Part shown: one piece after another, positions 52,301-63,255 of the stretch
Layout: every line of letters starts with the position of its first letter
Position numbering within the stretch: the stretch's first letter is position 1
DNA from: Aplysia californica
Lineage: Eukaryota
Length of the DNA: 64,000 nt
Reading direction: 5' to 3'
NCBI RefSeq assembly: GCF_000002075.1
Contig: NW_004797854.1
Span: 4,704 to 68,703, forward strand
The notes under the pieces: generated by a model
Seen by the model: only the letters and a program-made list of their open reading frames with translations
Told to the model about the DNA's origin: nothing
The model's database searches: none
Position numbers and translations under genes: made by a program

Positions 52301-55300
52301 GGCTGGATGAGGGGGAGGGGGCACCTCAAACACCATCAGAGGGGTGGGGCGTGGGGAGAGAGAAGAAGAGGGGACGGAGGAAGAGTCCACCTCGTCCTCC
52401 CCTAGAACTCTGAAACAGTTGGCGAGTGGCCCCTCGAAGGTGGTTACTACAGGGGTAGGAGGTACCTTCTTAGTTTTATTGCAGTTTCGCCTGTTGACCA
52501 CGGGCTCTTCGAGGTTGGCAGTAGAAGTACTGGCCGACGTCAATACCGGCCGGACTGGACTGCCTTTGCGTTTAACCGACCAGGGACCGGGGTCATAACT
52601 GTCGGGTAGACAGTCTTTCGAGCCTTCTGAAATGAGCAGCCATTTCGGGCTTTGACTCTTGGATGGTGCGTTCTTGGAACCAAGTGTTGGCGATTGTGAG
52701 AGAAAGAAAGGACTAGCACTAGTCTTTCATACCTTTTCAGGATGCCCGGTCTTGCCACGACGAGTACACACGTCTGCGTGTCGGCATCACGACTGGCCAC
52801 GGCCAAATTTCTGGCACTTGAAGCAGCGCAGATGGTTTTACACTTAGGGTTGCATGTCCAGGACCAGGTATGCTGCTCGAACAGTGGCTGGTGGGCAGCA
52901 CGAATCGAAAGTCAAAACAATTGTGTTCCTTTCAAGGGCAGTCTCGCCCCGCCGAAGAGTCATCTAGCGGGCTTCGACCACACCCTCACAATATCGCTAC
53001 AATTTTTTTCTGAAGAGCAGCCTTTCACCTCATGACTGCGGACGACGCTCTTCGAGCAGTTGAACTTCTTGTGTCTCCAAGATTCACAAGAATACCATGG
53101 AAGGTCGTGAGATCCAGGGGTCCAGTTATTTCTGTTTCATATGCAAGGAGTGCACTGGAAGACAGTTTTTGGACGTTGGCGGGGATGTGTCCCAGTGTCT
53201 GTGTTAAAGCATCTCCTGTTATGAAAATGGTTAGATCTGTGATCTTCTTCTGTGCATCGAAGTTGCGGATGGTCAAGTACGGCTGCTCTGGAGGCTCCCT
53301 GGGAGGAGGGAGAGCACAAGCAGCCGTAAAGATCGGTTTTCCTGGTTGTCTGCTCGGCTCGGTGGCTACACCCGCTTCTGCGAGCAGAAACTTTTTTAGT
53401 ATCCTTGGGGACTGGAGACGGGTCAGAATGTTTTGGAGGATTCAATGTGTGTTGGGATGCTCTTCGACTTCGGGGCTCCCCGCCCACCAACGAGTCAAAG
53501 AGGGGAAACATTGCTCGGATGACCAAAGCTGAGCCAGGGCTACTCTGGAGTTATACTCTCCATGAAAGTGTACTAGACCCTCGCATCAAGATTGACACAC
53601 GGATAAACTGGAGGGGCTTCAGCTCCCAACCGATTGAGTGGCATGGGCAGTACTACCCTCCCATCTAAGAGGAAAATCTGGGCCAAAGAGGTAAGTTGGC
53701 GAGGGACAGTCCGCAGACTGATCTCACTTCAACTACCAGGTACCCGGTTTCCACAGGTTGCACCCCACGGTCAACGAGGCGCCCATTTTGTGGGATGGAC
53801 GACCTCGACTTTTGCTGCACACGGGGTAAGCGGTGGAAGAAATGATAGAAGAAGGGAGAAAGGAGGAAGGAGAAAGAAGGAAGGAGAAGAGGAAAATGCA
53901 CCAAAAAAGATGTTGCACAAGGATCCCAGGGACAGTGGGTCTTTTCATATATCCCCAACCCACGGGTGAAGTAATAAACATTATAGGCACCCAATGCCCT
54001 TAAAAAACCATTTATACTCAGGAAGTCCCAATAATGGACCATTTGTGTACCTTTGTGCAAAAGGTCAGGAGGTCGTGAAGTCCACATAATGCAATGTCCC
54101 ACTAACGTTAGTAAAAAAACATACTGGACTAAAATTTTAGGTAGCTTCTTCAAATTTGGTGGACAATGATGTTTTAGTATCGTGGACTTACACTGTAAAT
54201 TTTGATTGATTTCACCCATAACTTTGGATGATATGGGGTGTCCACATAATGTAGGTCTGGGGCAATGTCCACNNNNNNNNNNNNNNNNNNNNNNNNNNNN
54301 NNNNNNNNNNNNNNNNNNNNNNNNNNNNNNNNNNNNNNNNNNNNNNNNNNNNNNNNNNNNNNNNNNNNNNNNNNNNNNNNNNNNNNNNNNNNNNNNNNNN
54401 NNNNNNNNNNNNNNNNNNNNNNNNNNNNNNNNNNNNNNNNNNNNNNNNNNNNNNNNNNNNNNNNNNNNNNNNNNNNNNNNNNNNNNNNNNNNNNNNNNNN
54501 NNNCATAGATCTACATCTCGATCGAAGGCGCATTATTTGGGATAAGTACCTTATCACATAAACACATCCTCGTTTCTTTCCTTCCCCAGCGTGCTGCTTG
54601 TTCGGGGGCAGGTGCCGTCGAGGATGCACGGTGTCCGAGGTTCAGTTTGGCGTGCAGACAGACTGCCGCGGCACTGCCACTCCGAGGTGCTGCATCAACG
54701 CCGGCCCTGCAAGACCGGCCGCTGTGACTACAACGACAGCCAGACCCCCGCCACTATCTGTGGCACAGAGGCAAGGACGTGAGTGAAACGTTTGACTTTG
54801 ACAGGAATACAAATCTAAATACTTTAACTTTAAGAATAACAACCTGTCCCCGTGGTTTTATGCATCCCGCGTAATTGCTCAAAATTTGATCTTTTTTTTC
54901 TTCAAATTAACAGAATCGCATAATTTCACATTTTTGGGTTCAGTTTGCATAATTTCATAATTTTTCTTGCATAAAACGACGGGCTGTTTTGAGTAGGCCG
55001 AGTGACTAAGAGTAATACCATGGGGTCAGTTAATTAAGTAGTATCTGCTCTACCAAAATCATAAGATTATTCGGAGTCTATATCAAGATATTCAAAGAAT
55101 GGCATTCGGAAAAGCTTGACGTGTTGAGAAACTCAATTTTTTTAACGTCAAATTTCTTAAGACTGGGTACTGAGGAAATAAAACTTTTTAAAATTTTGTG
55201 GTTGCCAATTTATTCTAAGCTCTATACGGAAAAGAAAGCTGGATGTTGCAGGCCATACATTCCAAGCGACATGCCAACTTCCGTTGCCCATACACATGTA

Positions 55301-58300
55301 AATGTGAAGCGTACTGACAAAATGAGTTACTTCTCGGATTCAGGCCTTAAGGAAATAGACACATCACACTTATAGGTGAAGTTTTTACAATTTATAAGTA
55401 TGAAACAAAAGGAGTGTTATACTTAAAGAATTTGGCATCAATAGAACATTTACCAATTTGACCTTAAAGTGTCAATTTTTGGTCAACATCTCCATTTGTG
55501 GACTGCGAGAAGTAACTCATTTTGTCAGCACGCCTCACAAATATTATGTATTGTGGACCAAGATGCATCGCACCCATTTGCTGAAAGATTAATCGTATGG
55601 CCAGGAACATAAAGGTCCTAAGTCACAAATTGTGCTAAAATACACTTCTTCATATACATGAAACACGAAAGGTGAGACCACACAAATCTACAACAATGTA
55701 GACGTCATACTTTCCCCTGGTCAGAATGTGGCGCCAATCCAGTCATCCAGCCGCGCGTGGTGGGCGGTGCCCCCGTTTCCCCTGGAAACTGGCCCTGGAT
55801 GGTGCGCTTCGTCTTCACCACAAACGCGCCCCAGGGCACGTGTGCCGGAGTGCTGGTGGATGATGACACTGTCATCACAGTGGCTCACTGCGTCGTCGGG
55901 TGAGTCTTTCAGCAAGTTCGTTTTTATTTTGATTGTTTGTTTGTTTGTTTGTTGTTGTTGTTGTTGTTTTAAATTACATGAATACGTGTACTATTTTTTT
56001 TCGTTTTTGTTAAATGTAGGCTAGGTGTTTTACGCCCCTATTTGCACAGAGGCGCACTGCGACGTCGGGTGAGACTTTCAGAAAGTTTTTTTTCTCTTTA
56101 TATTTGTGTAGTTGTTTTTTAAAAATTAATGCAAACTAGATGTTTTACGCCCCTATCGGCACAGTTACTTAGATCATTTAGGGAACAGGCTTCGACTCTG
56201 CTTGTCAGGACCAATCATGGTTGAGAGGAGAGGGATACAACGTCCCCGTGGAGAGACCGAGATACTCGATTAAAAAAAAAAATGTATTTCCAACACAAGG
56301 ATTGAACAAGGTCTTTAGCGTGCGACGGCGAAGCGCATAACCTCTACAACACAGACGCCTGTGGACACATTGCCAGGTGGAAGTTGAAACATTAATGATT
56401 TAACTGATAAATCTACATGTACTGTCTGTGTTTAAACTTCTGTCTATAACATGCGTAAGTCTAACCAGAAATCCAGGGGACAATGTGAACCAACAACACC
56501 AAACACAACTAGAGAACTAGAACAAAGTTTCTCAGAGCGTGTTGACATTTCGTTTGGTATGCTGGTCTACATTGTGAATGACCTTGGTTCAAATTTCCAC
56601 CAAGGTTTGGAGTTCTCAAGGCCCTCTACACATTTGCTTTGGTCCCGGAGTTAATTCGGAGGCCGCGTCACGACTAGACTAGCTTTCAGTGTTTTCATCA
56701 TCATAACAGTGCCAGACCTGAAACGGACATCGGCGATCGTGATTTTATATTCATTTCTCCGTTCGAATGCTCCGCAATTTCCTAGTATTATCCTGAGGTT
56801 TCCCCGTCACTCATCTATTTAGATTTTCCAAATACATTTCTCTGGGTCTACCCTCTTATTTGCCTTCTGTTGTTGTTTTGTTTTGTTTTTGTCCAGTGAT
56901 AGCAACTAAGCTCGGTTGATCAACGCCTTTATGTCGAGTTAAGTGTTCTGGAAACTATATTTGTCTCTTCCTAATTAATTGTTATCATTAGTGAGCTTCA
57001 AGGATGTTAGCTTGTTCAGGACTACATTTACCTAATCATTGATTTAAATTGGCCTACATTTATCTAGGCCTAATCAATTATTTAATTTTAAATTTTAATC
57101 CGTTCCCAATCTTCCACACAGGGTCCAGCCGAGCCAGATGCGAGTGTTTGTAGGAGACGTGAACGTTGCGGCCTTTGACCCTGACGAGGAGCTGGTGAAT
57201 GTTCTCAGCGTGGAGCTCAACGGGAACTACAGGCGTGGTGTCAGGGGTAAGATTATAAGAACTGATCTACTAAGGTCTTGATTTATTACTGTGAAAATGT
57301 CAAATGATTAAAGGTTCAACACCCGTATCAACCCAATTAGGTTATTTCAGAGGCGTGACCTCCGAGTGTTACGTCCATCTTCGAAAGGACCAAGTCAATT
57401 AAGAAATTCGTGTGAGGTGCCCTTCTCAAGGACACAACCACGGACCAAACTGAGGCTGCTTTAGCCACCGAACCTGCAATTTCACTTTTGGCTACCGACG
57501 CCACCATCATTTACCGCTGTACCCAACCACACATTTCTTATACATGTACCTATCCCCGTGATTTTATGCACCCCGCACAATCTAGCAAAAAAAAATAAAT
57601 TTTTGTGTGCATACTTTCTGATTATTTAAATATTTCCCTTTATCATTCTTTATTAAAATTAACAGAATTGCATAATTTCACATTTTTAGGCTCAGTTTGC
57701 ATAATTTCAGAATTTTTGTGTGTGCATAAAACCGCGGGGACAGTTATACTTAAACATGTAATAAATTGTTGACCAATCGAATCGTTACTGCGCAATTACT
57801 TACATTATATTCGGAACAATGGGAGCAGAAATAATCCTAGTCCTGGACCAATTCCCGACTGGTCTGGGTTTATCGTCGTTTTCGTAGTCATTTGAGTACG
57901 GTTTGCGGTACACTTGTTCTATGCTTGGCGCCTGCGCTCGCGAGGGCACGTACGTACGCCTTCGCTCTTCCATCTCCGATAGTATAGGACTGTGTAAAGT
58001 TTGGGTGCGCTCATATGAGAATTACCTAATGCAGTTGCAAGCGCCGTAAAACACAAGTTATTTACCACAAATAAAATTGGGTTGGGGGGGGAGGTGTTCA
58101 TAGGAAGCGTATTGCCATATTGTCGTTTTGCATAATAGTAAACAGCATTGTAAAATGTACTGAGCTATCATTATGCCATTTTTGGCTTTAACGAACGCAT
58201 CCACACACCACATTTATAGTAAACGCTATCTCTTTTGTTAACATAATTTATTATACACCCCCCCCCCCCCCCCCAATCTTACGGTAGCTCGTTCGGCGTA

Positions 58301-61300
58301 GATAGCAGTGGACCGTGTTCAATCAGGCGGGATTTACAGTAGACCCCCGAATCGCGGTAGACCGTCATCCAAACCAGCATCGAGTATGTGTGTATATAAT
58401 ATATTTTAAAAATACTATATAGTAGGCCTATTATATAATATGCGTGTTTTTCTCTCTCTCACTCTCTCTCCCCCTCTCTGTGCGAGCGAGCGCGTGTATG
58501 CGTGCACACGCGCGCGTTGTGTGTGTGTGTGTGCGCGCGTGTGCAACACCAATCATATGCACAAGTGTTTGGACAATAATCATATTATAATTATTATTAT
58601 AATAATCGTATATATGATATGTGTTATAATCTTAACTATCTTATTTTCTTATTTCATCTGATTTCCAGGCAACGACTTTGCCGTGGTAAAACTTACTCGT
58701 CGCATCACGTTCACAAACAACAAGCTGCCTGCTTGTCTGCCAGACCCCGCCACACCCGTGAACCTGGGGGCCCAGTGTTTTGTGGCGGGCTGGGGCGTGG
58801 ATGAAACTGGACAGGGTAATACTAATAGTAACGGTTTTTTCACCCTTTGTGTTAATTATAGTTGATGCATTGTTTAACCCCCCTCCCCCCCCCTCTCTCT
58901 CCCTCTCTCTTTTGTTTGAATGAAAGTTCAACTACTCACTTGTATCACATACGCGTGTGACACGGACACATCATGCATATTATGATAAATTACACATACA
59001 CGCATAAGAATAATAAACATAGTATGTGTACATAGCCTACTGGTATAGGCCTATAAAATGTACAAATGTATTTCTATATCATTTAAATAATAATAAGTAT
59101 ATTACCTCTTTCCAACCCTTTGGCAATAATACATGAATACATGTAATTGGTCCAGGAATATTTTATAATTAAAAAAAAAACTGCAGGAAAATGTTACACA
59201 GTGTCTGTATAATTCTATCCCGTCCCGACAGTAATAGCAATGTATAATAAATATATATATACAGCGGCGTCTGAAATCTGTCGGAAAACGGGATTTATAA
59301 AAATCGGTTTATCAGGGTTTTCAAGTTAGTAGAGATCGAGACTGCTCAAATAGGAAGGGGGATAAAAATGAGAATTTACTCTTTTTCGGTTTACCGCTGT
59401 TTTCGGATAAGGCGGACTCCACTGTAACTTAGTGTAACAGAATACAGCACATTGAAAATGTTTAGTTAGTTTTAGCAACAGTTTAAAAAAAGTTTTAGTA
59501 GAGGTTTTTCGGCGCTCGCAACTGCATAAGGTCATATAAGCGCCAGAAGATTAGAGGTGTTACAAGAGAGTAACAAACATAAAAAAGAAGGAGGGGAGAT
59601 AAGGACGATAGATGTTTGATAGGAAAGAAAAAGCAAACCACACCAGAGCACCTGCCAACCACCCACAGTAAGAGTTTTACGGCAATTGCAGCACAAGAAG
59701 GTCATATAAGTGCCGAAGATGAGAGGTGTTACAAGAGAGTAACAAACACACAAAAAGAAGGAGGGGAGATAAAGATCATAGATTTTTTGCTTGGAAAGAA
59801 GAAGTAAACCACCCAAGAGCACTCGCCAACCACCCATCATTGAACATGCATTTCTGAACAATAAATGTGAGGGAGCGAGGTGAAATCAGGCACTCGTCAA
59901 AATAATGAAAGTCAAGAATAGGCATTTTCCCGCAGGTTTGGGAATTTTTATCTAATTTTTGTTTTCGGTTCAGCACTTTTCATGTTTATTAGAGTAAGAG
60001 CACATTTCGGAGTGGATTTTACTGAAAAAATGTTGATTAAAGGCAGAAGAAATGTAAATTTTCAGTTTCCATGGGCTCCCAAGCTAAAGAAATAACTCAA
60101 CTTTGGCGGCCATTTTCTCACTAATTTTACCTATGAGAAGGCAGATGACCCTTACCTCCTTCAATCGCACATATCTCAAGATAGAATTAGATGGATATTT
60201 TTTTCACCCAAAACAAGAAAAATGGACAGGCCTTAAGATGATACCATCAACCCAGTATGCCTGTTCCCGTAGCGATTGACGGGCTGCGTTTTTTCACGTA
60301 ATTCTGCAACATTTGTATAATTTTGGATTCCCCGCATTTTTTCACCTTTTTTTCCACAAACCAATTAATTAACGCCTCGCCATGTGACTAAAGGGAAGTA
60401 ATCACCGTAATAAGTCTCATTTAAGTGAAAAGTTGTTTTTTTCCATTGTTAGAAGATCTTGGTTATGGGTTGGGATTTTGTTCCTTGAGCATGTTCAATT
60501 TTTCAATCCATCAAAAGTTGTTCTCATGTCTGCTGATGTTTCATGTCAGACAGGTGTCCACGGTTTTAGTAATGTTCCAGCATCAGAGGTCCAGATGTCC
60601 TTTTTTTTTTTTTCATTTTTATTTCCCCTACAGAAATAGATCTAGATCTACAGGTGAAAGTTACTGAGATATTTTTTGGTTGTTTGTTTTTTTTACTGAT
60701 GTGTATTGTTTTTTTTCCAAATACACAAACTACAGATACTGATATGTTCTGTTTTACATTTTTCTGTACATAAAACATGAAAATCATGAAAATTCGTGTT
60801 GAAAAAGTGTAAAACATGTCGCAAATGGTGTTACGGTAACTTGCATAATTTGTTTTTTTTTGGGCATAATTTGGCCATCTAAATTTGCATAATTCTACGG
60901 GGACAGGTATGCCCAAAAATTGACGAGAGCCTGATTCCTCCGTGTCGTGCCTCAAATGATAATTATGCCACTCTTTCCTGTCCGAGCAGTGAGCCAGGTT
61001 CTCCGAGCGGCCCGTGTCCAGCAGATGGACACCACGGTGTGTAGTGCTATCCTAAGTGCAGTGAGCGGTAACCCAACAAGCACAGTTGTCCCCCAGGACG
61101 TCCTCTGTACAGACCCGACACAGACCCAGGCCGGTGCCTGTCTGGTNNNNNNNNNNNNNNNNNNNNNNNNNNNNNNNNNNNNNNNNNNNNNNNNNNNNNN
61201 NNNNNNNNNNNNNNNNNNNNNNNNNNNNNNNNNNNNNNNNNNNNNNNNNNNNNNNNNNNNNNNNNNNNNNNNNNNNNNNNNATGTGTATNNNNNNNNNNN

Positions 61301-61811
61301 NNNNNNNNNNNNNNNNNNNNNNNNNNNNNNNNNNNNNNNNNNNNNNNNNNNNNNNNNNNNNNNNNNNNNNNNNNNNNNNNNNNNNNNNNNNNNNNNNNNN
61401 NNNNNNNNNNNNNNNNNNNNNNNNNNNNNNNNNNNNNNNNNNNNNNNNNNNNNNNNNNNNNNNNNNNNNNNNNNNNNNNNNNNNNNNNNNNNNNNNNNNN
61501 NNNNNNNNNNNNNNNTGCATGAGAGCTTGTGCGCGCCGTGTGCGCGCTAGTGCGCAAGTGTAGGTCTATCTCAAACCTAAGAAAAGAGAAACATCAACAC
61601 ACAATTCCTGTACAAGAATGCTAATACATGAATATATATAATATAATGCCTTCCATGTTCACAGTACGACGATGGTGGAATGTTGGCGTGCCCAGACAGA
61701 AACGGCCGCTACACCCTAGAGGGACTGGTGTCCGAGTATTCCTGTGGCAACGTGCCCACTGTCTACACCAGGGTGTCAAACTACACCGAAGCCATCCTTG
61801 CCAGACTATAA
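47256..61811 (+). CDS. Secreted serine protease homolog (catalytically inactive S1A fold) with two N-terminal beta-defensin/clip-like Cys modules, 388 aa
   Basis: Exons: 47256-47334 ([26 protein letters not shown], signal-like), 49053-49202 ([49 protein letters not shown]), 54590-54778 ([42 protein letters not shown]..), 55725-55899 ([30 protein letters not shown]), 57122-57246, 58669-58815 ([20 protein letters not shown]), 60990-61144 (..VLC..AGACL), 61665-61811 ([27 protein letters not shown]). All GT-AG, phases 1,1,1,2,1,1,0, total 1167 nt with no internal stop. The protease-domain exons are secure; linkage of the first three exons is inferred from phase and composition. Confidence 0.85.
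48690..48870 (+). mobile_element. Short Tc1 transposase remnant
   Basis: Translates [28 protein letters not shown], resembling the H..WT..DW..V.FSDESRF motif. Confidence 0.55.
50345..51017 (+). mobile_element. 3' fragment of an RTE-clade LINE
   Basis: [63 protein letters not shown], frameshifted, ending in a (GTGAAG)n tail. Confidence 0.85.
51018..53970 (-). mobile_element. Degenerate I-group (I/Nimb-like) LINE: ORF1 zinc knuckles, APE endonuclease, RNase H remnant; RT deleted
   Basis: ORF1 remnants ([10 protein letters not shown].., GCSFQKARK), Pro-rich linker, ORF2 start [30 protein letters not shown], then an abrupt join near 51160 to an RNase H motif [24 protein letters not shown]. Outer boundaries approximate. 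Confidence 0.8.
55304..55538. mobile_element. 235-bp MITE with AAAT TSD (Sola1-like)
   Basis: 33-bp TIR GTGA(A/G)GCGT(A/G)CTGACAAAATGAGTTACTTCTCG, with AAAT on both flanks. Confidence 0.8.
57550..57743. mobile_element. Short MITE related to the CTGTCCCCG family (second copy at about 54844-54984)
   Basis: CT(A/G)TCCCCG..TTTTATGCA TIRs and a shared internal AATTGCATAATTTCACATTTTT motif. Confidence 0.65.
59495..59835 (-). repeat. Two tandem copies of a dispersed retroposon 3'-end repeat (family A); other copies at about 7725-7900, 8400-8560, 14050-14225(+), 61918-62000
   Basis: Shared GGTGTGGTTTG..CTCCCCTCCTTCTTTT..CTCTCTTGTAACAC..ATATGACCTTA..GCCGTAAAAC sequence. Confidence 0.8.
59867..60953. 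mobile_element. Sola1-like non-autonomous element carrying the nested 646-bp MITE
   Basis: TIR core AATCAGGC(A/T)CTCGTCAA, AAAT flanks, homologous to 3673-4354. Confidence 0.65.
60261..60906. mobile_element. 646-bp MITE, intact copy, 6-bp TSD GTATGC
   Basis: GTATGC|CTGTTCCCGTAG...CTACGGGGACAG|GTATGC, collinear with 21200-21268 plus 24440-25069. Confidence 0.85.
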
Positions 61812-63204
61812 CTACAGTAGTAATAGTAGTACCACGCATTGATCAATAATGATACTACTTGAAGTGAAGGGACTTCCCGTGAAGATGTATATGTATTGCC
61901 TAATCTCCACAGTGCTTTTAGTGAGGTTTTTTAAACGGCATTTGCAACACAAATAGGTTATACAAGTGCCAAAGGTTGGAAGTGTTACTCGAGCGTAAAA
62001 TAAAATTTAAAAAAAAAAGAAAAGAAAAGGGAGGAGAGCTAATGATGAAAGGGGATCTTTTTGTTCATCCTTTAAAAAAATATATGGTAGATGTTTCACG
62101 CCCCCATCGACACATTAATGACATAACATAAATGACGGCATAATTTCATACTCAGTATGGCTAGGTGACTGGGGTTTTTTTGGTGGTGCTTTTTCAGAAA
62201 CCAAAAGCACATTTCTGAACGCATATTGATGAACATAATGACAAATGTTCTTCAAACTAATTGGATAATACACACATGTTATATGACTACAAAAATACAA
62301 TGTAGCAAACTGCATGCATAATGAGCTCCACTACACAAATCCCAAATCTTTGTTTTCGAGTTCAAGCTGACAAAAAGAACTTCATTTTCAGTGGAAAGAG
62401 AGTTTGCATAGATCTAATATGTATAATAAATTTACGATGACCAAAAGTACATGTTTGTGTTATTTATCCTCTGTATTGGAAATAAAATTGTATTATTTGT
62501 GCGATCTGTTTTGATTGAAGTGACCATGGAAAGACCTGTTTCCATTACCACAGTAAGTACAGATTATCTTGACAAAAATTTTAGGACCCCCCCTTCTATA
62601 CACACAAATCAAAGAGCGCCAAGGGGTGAATGTCAGTCAACAGAGAAGCCCATACAGTGAATCAGGCTTATTCTGCTCACCTCTTAAGCTTCAACAGCAT
62701 AAAGTCTGCTGCTTCGACTACATGTATCAAGGCACCCCGGAAATAGCGGGTCACAAGTGAGCGACAAACATACAACAGAAGTAAAGGAAAAATGACGATA
62801 GTAAGGATAAGGAAAGAAAAAGCAGCAGTTCCCCGTATGCAGTTCAGGTACAGTTATAAGCATGACATGCACCAGCACACAGATGGAGTTTCTCGATAAA
62901 AAAACATCCACACATGAGAGTTGAACCTAAGCCTTCTGCGACAACAGTTGTTCTTTAAATTCCACAGGACTCCAAAACTGATTAGAGAGAATCTGAGCAT
63001 GTGTTAAAAGGCTGAAAAATGAGTTAACACATGATGTACGCATTAGTGATTTAAAAAAATTATAACACAAAGTCGAAGTTTGCAGCCTTGTCCCAAGTCG
63101 CCTTTGATTTACTTTCATTTTCAGAGGAGAGAATAACTTGATGAGAAGACAGGTCCCACTACGAATACTCAGGCATTAGGGAATTTGATAGTATTGACAG
63201 GGTG

Positions 63205-63255
63205 TCAACAAAGAAATTTTTTAGGCAGAATCTCTTCTTCTTCAAAGTTGAACTC
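63205..63255 (-). CDS. Probable terminal coding exon of an unidentified gene continuing off the right edge
   Basis: Minus-strand pyrimidine tract, GCTAAC branch-like motif and CACAG acceptor at 63256-63258, then EFNFEEEEILPKKFLC-stop (phase 0 assumed). Confidence 0.35.
   Translation of the reverse strand, partial: EFNFEEEEILPKKFLC

Noticed and set aside
52033-53526. Several 100-170 aa ORFs on both strands
   Set aside because: Fragments or antisense shadows of the degenerate LINE ORF1 region.
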